The notes under the pieces: generated by a model
Database searches by the model: none
What the model saw: only the letters and a program-made list of their open reading frames with translations
What the model was told of the DNA's origin: nothing
Made by a program: the position numbers and the translations under genes
Origin: a virus
Taxonomy: Duplodnaviria > Caudoviricetes
IMG/VR virus record: IMGVR_UViG_3300047388_000423
Span: 161 to 64,160 of that record
Length of the DNA stretch: 64,000 bases
Reading direction: 5' to 3' (one strand)
In this document: piece after piece, positions 57,672 through 64,000 of the stretch
Position numbering within the stretch: position 1 is the stretch's first letter
How the letters are laid out: each line of letters begins with the position of its first letter

Positions 57672-57795
57672 TGCGGCGGTAGCAGCTTCGCGATCCAGCT
57701 AAGGCCAAAGCCAAAGCCTGTCACGGTCAGGGCGACGTTGGTTCCGACCATCCATTTCAGGATAGCCATGTTTCTTTCGAGACGGGCGAAGCTCG

Positions 57796-58032
57796 TCACG
57801 GCGCTGCCTGTTCCAGATGCACCAGTCGGGCGTCCATCTGGCCCAGCAGGCGCTTGACCTGCACCATGTCCCGCTCGATCCGCAGGAACATGTTGCCCAG
57901 CACGGTTTGACTGTCGCCAAGCGTCTCGAGGATGACGCGGATGCCGGTGATGTCCGCGCGCACCTCGCGCATATCGGTCTGGATGGCGAGCAGCCGTTCC
58001 ATGATCAGGTTGAGGTCGGGCTCTGCCATCAA
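57796..58032 (-). CDS. coiled-coil small protein
   Basis: AAGGAG RBS; heptads. Confidence 0.6.
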   Translation of the reverse strand: MMAEPDLNLIMERLLAIQTDMREVRADITGIRVILETLGDSQTVLGNMFLRIERDMVQVKRLLGQMDARLVHLEQAAP

Positions 58033-58343
58033 TTCATGCTCCTTAGAAGCACATCAAGGCTATCTGCCAGCTTCATTGTAGGATTGCGTTGGCAGTGATT
58101 ATCAAGCCAATAAAACACGGCATCGTTGTCCAGCTTTTCTAATAAGTCGTTTGTGTCAGATACGCGCGCGCTGAGATAACCCATCACCCATCCTCGCGCT
58201 CCAAAGGATGGAAAGCCAATGCGGGATTCCAGCCAAGATCCGCAAGAGCCTGTACCAGCACCCCGTATCGTATAAGCATTCGCATTCCCAATCACGGCAA
58301 GCGTCACCGCACTTGCCAGTAACAATGCTTTCATCGGTTTCAA
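58029..58343 (-). CDS. secreted hypothetical protein (signal peptide, Cys pair)
   Basis: ANA cleavage site; G.G..SCG.W...W..GYLS...W.DN.C..NP. Confidence 0.65.
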   Translation of the reverse strand: MKPMKALLLASAVTLAVIGNANAYTIRGAGTGSCGSWLESRIGFPSFGARGWVMGYLSARVSDTNDLLEKLDNDAVFYWLDNHCQRNPTMKLADSLDVLLRSMN

Positions 58344-59312
58344 ATCCTCTTCAACAGTAAATTGTCAGCGGCAGGGATTGCCGATTATGGGACGGCACGA
58401 GACCGCCCCATAGGCTGCAATCTCAGCGGTCTTCCTCACACGATAAATCGGGCGATGCTACATCGGGGCCCAACTGTACCCAATGGTGATGAGGCCCACA
58501 GGCATCACCCTCGCGAGGGCTGTTATCCTTGGCGGGACCAAACATAGAACCAAGCGCGAGCAATCCAACAACAATTCCAACAGCAATTCCCATAATCATC
58601 TCCGTTTTCAATTTAGGTACTGAGGCGCGCAGTGTCGCCGCAGTGGCTGCAATCATTTCATTTAACGCGGAAGTGGACCTTCAAAGTGCACAACAACTTG
58701 TTGCGGCGCCCTGGAGCCAAATTGAAAGCCCAGTGTGCCCGCCAGCGCTGCAACTACGCCAATCAGGACCGCCAGATTACGCGGCGTTTCCCAAAACGCT
58801 TGCCGTCGCTTCAATAGAATATCGATCTCCACCAAAGCGCGCCGCAACTCGTCATCTGTTGTCATTTTTTTCACTCGCAAATGTATCGGCGATCATTGAT
58901 TCGGTTCGTTCCAGATGCTGATCCAATGCGCGCTCGATACCGCGGAACAAATTCGCCAGTTCGTCATGAACGCCGCGAACATGGTCGCGTAACAAGGCTT
59001 CAATTTCGGTTCGTTTCATCGTTTTTCGTTCCTAAAGGCATCGATGGCATGGTCAGTACTTCGGATCGTAGTAGCGGCGCACCGTGGTGACGACGTAGGA
59101 AATCTCTCGCGCCGGGTCGCCACCACATTGGATGCGAGCGTAAGCTTCGATGGCGTCTGCGTCGTCCTTGGGAAGCTCAGGGTAAAGCTTCTGCACCCAT
59201 CCTGTTGGGGGGCTGTCGCGCTTCTCAGGTGATGGCATTGTCCGTGCTCCTTATGGATCTCGGCGGTTTCTGTCTTGTTTTTGCGCGCCAATGTTTTGTG
59301 ATCTGGCGCCAC

Positions 59313-59531
59313 TCATAATTTTCCCAACGCTTTTAGAATGACAACGGTTGACGTGATCACGCCACCAATGCCGAATGATAGCGCTGCAACCGCCTGATAC
59401 ATCGCACCAAGATTAGGCTTGGCATCAAGCTTGGCGTCAACCACGTTGAATTGCGCATCAATTCGCGCAAACCGAATATCAAGATCGCGGCGCAAGTCGG
59501 CAATCTGTTCGGATAATTGTTCGATGTTCAT
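59313..59531 (-). CDS. coiled-coil + C-terminal TM protein
   Basis: RFA.ID.QF..VD; hydrophobic tail. Confidence 0.6.
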   Translation of the reverse strand: MNIEQLSEQIADLRRDLDIRFARIDAQFNVVDAKLDAKPNLGAMYQAVAALSFGIGGVITSTVVILKALGKL

Positions 59532-59538
59532 GTTTGTC

Positions 59539-59742
59539 CTAGTGTTTCAGGGCAACCGCGAGAATAGCGGCATAGGATGCTAGCAACCCGGCGAATAGCC
59601 AGGTGCCGATGGTTTGCAAATGCATCAGGCGATTCTCGATTCCAGCAACACGGCTTTCGATTCCAGCAAAACGACTTTCTATTCCTGCAAGCCGATGATT
59701 GATGCCGGACAACTCGCCTTCGATCCTTTCCTCATGAGTCAT
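59539..59742 (-). CDS. coiled-coil + C-terminal TM protein
   Basis: Heptad R.AGIE x3; hydrophobic tail. Confidence 0.6.
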   Translation of the reverse strand: MTHEERIEGELSGINHRLAGIESRFAGIESRVAGIENRLMHLQTIGTWLFAGLLASYAAILAVALKH

Positions 59743-59996
59743 TCAGGCAATTCCTTTGTTAGTTGAGCGGGCTTAATCTTGTGTTTGATCATGAGCTTCA
59801 GCAGGAGTTGGACAGCGCGCGGAATACGCTGGCCGTTGGCATAGCCGTTCGAGGTGCGGCGCACGACGTCCAGAAACTTCGCCGCGGTGATCTGATTCAA
59901 GCCCAGCGCTTCAATGGCTTCGCTGTATTGCTCGCCGGTCATTGCGCCGTTTCTCTCTCGAGATTGTCCGGCCTTTTGCTGCGGTTTTCTGGCCAC
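59739..59996 (-). CDS. HTH regulator
   Basis: MT..QY..AI..LGLNQ..AA.FL.V..RT...Y..G..IP..V..LL. Confidence 0.75.
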   Translation of the reverse strand: MARKPQQKAGQSRERNGAMTGEQYSEAIEALGLNQITAAKFLDVVRRTSNGYANGQRIPRAVQLLLKLMIKHKIKPAQLTKELPE

Positions 59997-60032
59997 GGGT
60001 TACCTTTCGCGGTTGCAGGTTTCTGGATTATA

Positions 60033-60066
60033 TGCGCAACACCTGCTCATGAGCAAGTGCTGCGCA
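60033..60066. promoter_or_regulatory. two TG(A/C)GCA-N5-TGC(T/G)CA operators
   Basis: TGCGCAACACCTGCTCA and TGAGCAAGTGCTGCGCA. Confidence 0.7.
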
Positions 60067-60389
60067 TCTGTTTTTGGGTTAGTTCGGTGGGTATTTGTGT
60101 TGCGGCTCTATTCGACGCGCGCTTCGGCGAGGATGGTGTGCTCGTTGATCAGGTTTTTAAGCAACCTGGAGAACCGGCTTGCGTCTGCGCCCGATATACA
60201 AGGGAAGCGGAATAGTTGTTCGCTTTCGACGTCGCGCAATACGACGTCGTAAACAATGGACCTGTCGGTCAGAACGGTTTCAACGGTTTTGATGGTTGAC
60301 ATGGGTGGTGCTCCTATGAGGGACGATTCCCTATTGCTTCAAACCGGGTAACCTTTCGGTGCCCGGTGTGAAGCTATGGCTGTCGGGAT

Positions 60390-61166
60390 TTAGGCGTGAA
60401 CCGCGTCTAGACGGGCACGGGTCCGCGAATAGGCGCGCATCTGTCCGATGCCGCCGTGAGCGATGATTGCGATGGAGGTTTTAGCTTTGGCCGATCGGCC
60501 ACCGCAGGCTTTGCAGAGCGCGCAAGTCGTCACCTTGCCTTTTTCCATTGAAGCGGGGCAGGCAATCTCGTTTGCCAACCTGTTCTCAAAGGGCAGACGC
60601 GTGCGGAAGGTGCGCCAGCCCAGCGCGGTTGCGGCTTGCTGTTCCTCCGCGGTGTCGCAGGATGCCATGCAATGGCGCTTGAACTCGGGAAACGTGCGCC
60701 ATTGGTGTGTGTAGCCGGCTTTCGTCTTCACCTTGCGCAACATCACATGCCAGACATCGGCGGGAACGGCCGCAGGATCGCCATAGGTGCCAAGCCTGAC
60801 CGCATGGTCTGCGAGATACTCGCAAGCCTGCTCAGGGGAAACGTGCGGATAAATATCGCGCTCGTAACCGTCATAGACGCCAAGCGGACCTTGGCCGATC
60901 ACAACATAGCAGGAACGATCCTTCCAGCTGTTCGACGCGCTATCGTACCAGCCGCGATGAACGCAGGAACCGCATACTGATTTGTCGAGACCTTGGCGCA
61001 CAGCGTCAACGGGGTTGATATCATCGCGCAGGATGTAGGTTGCGACTAGCGCACCGGTTTTGGAATTCTTGCTGGCGCTAGTGACGCGCGTTGCAATGGC
61101 GACAATCGGAGATCCATCAAGCATTGACGGGCCACGGTAAAAGATAAAACCATTCGGGGTCGACAT
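60390..61166 (-). CDS. conserved Cys-rich phage early protein
   Basis: GPS.LDG.PIV, KTG, CG.C.H, CYV, RLG.YGDP.A.P, GYTHQW, C..C..C; function unknown. Confidence 0.7.
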   Translation of the reverse strand: MSTPNGFIFYRGPSMLDGSPIVAIATRVTSASKNSKTGALVATYILRDDINPVDAVRQGLDKSVCGSCVHRGWYDSASNSWKDRSCYVVIGQGPLGVYDGYERDIYPHVSPEQACEYLADHAVRLGTYGDPAAVPADVWHVMLRKVKTKAGYTHQWRTFPEFKRHCMASCDTAEEQQAATALGWRTFRTRLPFENRLANEIACPASMEKGKVTTCALCKACGGRSAKAKTSIAIIAHGGIGQMRAYSRTRARLDAVHA

Positions 61167-61187
61167 TAGAAAGAGCCTTTCGGTTGC

Positions 61188-61256
61188 TGAGCAGAAATTG
61201 CTCATAGGCTCTACTGAGCAGATATTGCTCATACGGTCAAGAGCAATTTTTGCTCA
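61188..61256. promoter_or_regulatory. three (T/A)GAGCA-N5-TGCTCA operators
   Basis: 61188-61204, 61215-61231, 61240-61256. Confidence 0.75.
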
Positions 61257-61282
61257 TGGCAAAATTATTTTCCAGGCAAAAG

Positions 61283-61309
61283 AAAAAGGCCGCTCGAAAG
61301 CGGCCTTTT
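61283..61309. terminator. bidirectional intrinsic terminator
   Basis: AAAAAGGCCGCT-CGA-AAGCGGCCTTTT. Confidence 0.75.
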
Positions 61310-61538
61310 GGTAAGGAGATGTTGGTTGGCTTATGCGGTTACTCCACTAAGCGCTAGATGCTAGATGGCTGCGGGCTTTCTGCTTCCTCGAACCGAGGAG
61401 CATCGGCATGCCATTGCGCACCATACTCCCGACACGCGAAAGCGGTTTGGCTACGTACTTCGACGCGCACGCCAAAGCACTCGGGGCATTGGAAACCCGC
61501 ACGGATGCGAGACTTCTCGTTAGCGGTATAAGCGAGCA

Positions 61539-61763
61539 TTAATCTGTTTCCTCCCTACTAAGCGCTAGATAGCTGCGGGCTTTCTGCCATTGCTCGCTGT
61601 CGTTTACGTTCCAAGCCTGCGCTTTGAGTACTTGTAACTGTTTGACGGTGCGAGACGTCCAAAAACAAAGCGCACGATTAGCGAAAGCGGGATCAAGCGA
61701 AGCGGTCAGGTCATGATCTGCCTTGAGTTGTTCCCATGAGAGAATATCAGTCCACTGAGACAT
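61539..61763 (-). CDS. hypothetical early protein
   Basis: Packed leftward operon. Confidence 0.5.
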   Translation of the reverse strand: MSQWTDILSWEQLKADHDLTASLDPAFANRALCFWTSRTVKQLQVLKAQAWNVNDSEQWQKARSYLALSREETD

Positions 61764-61767
61764 TGAT

Positions 61768-61989
61768 TTAGGCCTTCCACATTGCAGCTAATTTGCGCGG
61801 GACTTCGTTCTGTGCGGTTTCAATCCAGCCCGGAATAGTTGGATCACCCATGGTTTGAACCGGCTTGCGGTTGCCAGTGGTGCGGTAACCTTTCCAGCGC
61901 TTGTTTTTGAATTGTTCAATGGCGAGGAAATATTCGCGGTCGCCGTTCGCGAATTCCTGATGATAAACTTTGCCTGCTTCGAAGTGCAT
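61768..61989 (-). CDS. hypothetical early protein
   Basis: AAGGA RBS; packed operon. Confidence 0.55.
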   Translation of the reverse strand: MHFEAGKVYHQEFANGDREYFLAIEQFKNKRWKGYRTTGNRKPVQTMGDPTIPGWIETAQNEVPRKLAAMWKA

Positions 61990-61990
61990 A

Positions 61991-62194
61991 TTAGGTCCTT
62001 TCCGCGATTAGCTCGCCGTTTTTCCAGATTTGGACAAGCGCTAATCGGCAGGAAGCTTCAGAGTTAATGCGATACTGATCAGACAGCATGTAGCGCGCTT
62101 CCTGCTTTGCTTCTTTGAGCGTGTCGGCGGAACGTTCGACATCACAGCCATTGTGTGAGTCGGTCGTTTGAAAGCCTTGAAGGGAGTAGATCAT
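61991..62194 (-). CDS. hypothetical early protein
   Basis: Packed operon. Confidence 0.5.
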   Translation of the reverse strand: MIYSLQGFQTTDSHNGCDVERSADTLKEAKQEARYMLSDQYRINSEASCRLALVQIWKNGELIAERT

Positions 62195-62490
62195 GTTGGT
62201 TTGTCTTTCGAGTTGATGGAAGCGGGATGCTTCTAATGCCTTAAGCCGCGTATCCTTTCGGAGCGCGGCGTAAGAGCAGAGCGAGTATGGTTAGGCAACA
62301 ATTCGGAGACAGTGCGCCTTGCTAACAAGTTGGAAGCGAGCCTTTGCCTTTTCTATCCATTGGCCTTTGACTAGCTTGACTGCCTTGCCTTGCCAGCAAT
62401 GCGCCAAGTCAGGGTCGCGAAGCTCTTCGACGCGGTAGAATTGATTAGCGGTGGTTTCGATGATCATTGAAATTTCCCTTCGTGTTTGAC

Positions 62491-62534
62491 TGAGCAGAAA
62501 TTGCTCATGAGCAACCATGCGCAGAAATTGCTCA
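62491..62534. promoter_or_regulatory. operators TGAGCAGAAATTGCTCA (62491-62507) and TGCGCAGAAATTGCTCA (62518-62534)
   Basis: Same palindrome as at 60033 and 61188; CTTGAC on the - strand just upstream. Confidence 0.75.
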
Positions 62535-62763
62535 GCGCGTCAAGTACGTTTTTTATTTTTCTCAAATTATTTTGCAAGCGCTTGGAAATGGTGCGGAAAA
62601 TTTGCGCGCGCGGCGTTTGCGTCACTGCACGACGTTTCGTCATCCCTTCTTCGCCTTCTTCTCTTCCTTCTTCGCCTTCTTCCGCTTCTTCGCGAGATCT
62701 TTAGTGGTATACCTCTTGCCTTGTATCGACAACCGCATTACATGAGTTCAGGAGGTGCCTGTC

Positions 62764-63030
62764 ATGAAGACTGCGACCCTGAACGTTCGCCTCGAACCCA
62801 GGCTGAAGGGCCAGGCGGAGCGTGTCCTGAAGGCGCTTGGCCTGTCACCGACTGAGGCGGTGACTTTGTACTATCGGCAGATTGCCCTGCGGCGGGGGCT
62901 GCCGTTCGACGTGTGTATCCCGAATGCTGAAACTGTCGCTGCGCTGGAGGAGGCGGAGCGCGGCGGCGGCAAGGTTTATCATGGCACCGGCAAACAGGTT
63001 ATCGACGCTGTTCTCGCCGATGACGAATGA
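62764..63030 (+). CDS. RelB/DinJ-family antitoxin
   Basis: NVR.....K.QAE.VL..LGLS...AV.....QIA....LPFD...PN.ET..A..E. Confidence 0.88.
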   Translation: MKTATLNVRLEPRLKGQAERVLKALGLSPTEAVTLYYRQIALRRGLPFDVCIPNAETVAALEEAERGGGKVYHGTGKQVIDAVLADDE

Positions 63031-63135
63031 AAACATCGCGCGCTGTCGGTGCCTTTCGGAAAGACCTGAAGCTGTTGCGTCGGCGACGTTATGATCTCGA
63101 CAAACTCACAACTGTCATTGACCTGTTGATGACGG
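63027..63135 (+). pseudogene. truncated YafQ/RelE-family toxin
   Basis: FRKDLK...RR.YDL..L..VIDLL, then unrelated sequence; DH.L.G, H..PD and GTH motifs are absent. Confidence 0.7.
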
Positions 63136-63743
63136 TCGGTTTTCGCCCAATCCCGGCCGCTACCCTATTCATTTTGCTGCTACTGCGAAAAAGGGAACCT
63201 GGAATTTTTGGATGCATGGTTGCCTTGGCAACTATCTGGCCTATCAAAGCCCGTCTCGGGGCTGATCGCCCTCGGTTAAGCCGTGACTGTCCGCAAAACG
63301 ATCGGCGGTTGCCTATCGACTGGCGCTATATTCCTCAATGCTTTCAATGCCAGCTAAATCACACTGTCCGTAAACCGGTCATTAAACGCACAGCTTCTCT
63401 GAGAGGGGGAGAACGCAGAACGCGGCGGGAGAGGGTGGGATCATCCTCCCTCGGATGGGGGTAGGGGCAGGGTCCCACCCCCATGCTGGACAGGCCGGCC
63501 CCCTCTCGATCGTCTGTATAAGTACCCCCCAAACACCCAGCCCCCAAAAACCAAGCCCTGACCATCCTCACAAACCCCCTCCACAACCGCCTACAAACCC
63601 CGCTGATGCGTTAAACGTCATTCCCCGGCCCAGACAGCACCCTGCAGCCCAGGCCTCTCCAGCGGCCTCGCCAGCCGGTTCCCTGAAAATGTTCCATAAT
63701 CTTCTTTGCAAAACCCTTAGCTCTTGAGCTAGTTTGCCGGTCC

Positions 63744-64000
63744 ATGGATCTTGCCGTGGGCCAGCAGATTGCGATCCGGCTTGCCGATGAGGGGGTACCG
63801 TTGCGCGCCATTGCCCGCGCCACCGAGATCCCGTCGACCCGGCTGTACGAGACCCTGGTCGAGGCCAAGCTGGATGGCAGGCTGCTTTCGCTGCCGCGCG
63901 ATGATTGGCCGCCGGGTTGTCCACGCGATCAGCGTGCGCTGCAATTGTCACGGCTGGCGGCGGAGCATCACGACGCGCTGTTGTTGACCATCAAGCGGGT
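63744..64000 (+). CDS. N-terminal part of HTH/winged-helix protein, open at the window end
   Basis: MDLAVGQQIAIRLADEGVPLRAIARATEIPSTRLYE...; no stop before 64000. Confidence 0.65.
   Translation, partial: MDLAVGQQIAIRLADEGVPLRAIARATEIPSTRLYETLVEAKLDGRLLSLPRDDWPPGCPRDQRALQLSRLAAEHHDALLLTIKR

Noticed and set aside
63027-63464. Full-length 145-aa toxin
   Set aside because: Only the first ~35 aa resemble YafQ; the rest is read-through into unrelated sequence.
1-64000. tRNA or rRNA genes
   Set aside because: No cloverleaf or rRNA-like sequence recognised by eye; tRNAscan-SE/ARAGORN would be needed to exclude them.

Overview
Near-complete ~64 kb temperate podovirus-type phage genome, probably of an alphaproteobacterium (Hyphomicrobiales-like: GcrA homolog, CtrA-type boxes). 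A gene cut at the right end appears to continue at the left end, and an intact attP lies next to the integrase, so this is probably the free circular form. Layout: packaging (terminase, leftward, 1.6-4.4 kb); portal, glycosyltransferase, lysis, head, collagen-like fibres, tail and ejection proteins (4.5-34.6 kb); helicase fragment, ParB-like genes, attP/int/xis and a cassette-like small-gene array (34.6-44.5 kb); regulation and replication (44.5-57.7 kb); leftward early genes and a broken toxin-antitoxin pair (57.7-63.2 kb). Two observations stand out. (1) A stand-alone Cas7/RAMP-like gene (52444-53301) and a partner gene are followed by a 688-bp non-coding array of GGY-NN pentamers, split by GGCA into eight long units, which looks like a non-CRISPR RNA-guided system. 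(2) The major capsid gene is split by a normal 259-nt group I intron and also by a 31-nt core-less mini-intron that keeps only P1/P10 guide pairing and the terminal G, and is probably excised by the neighbouring ribozyme. All family calls come from motif recognition by eye; no database searches were run.
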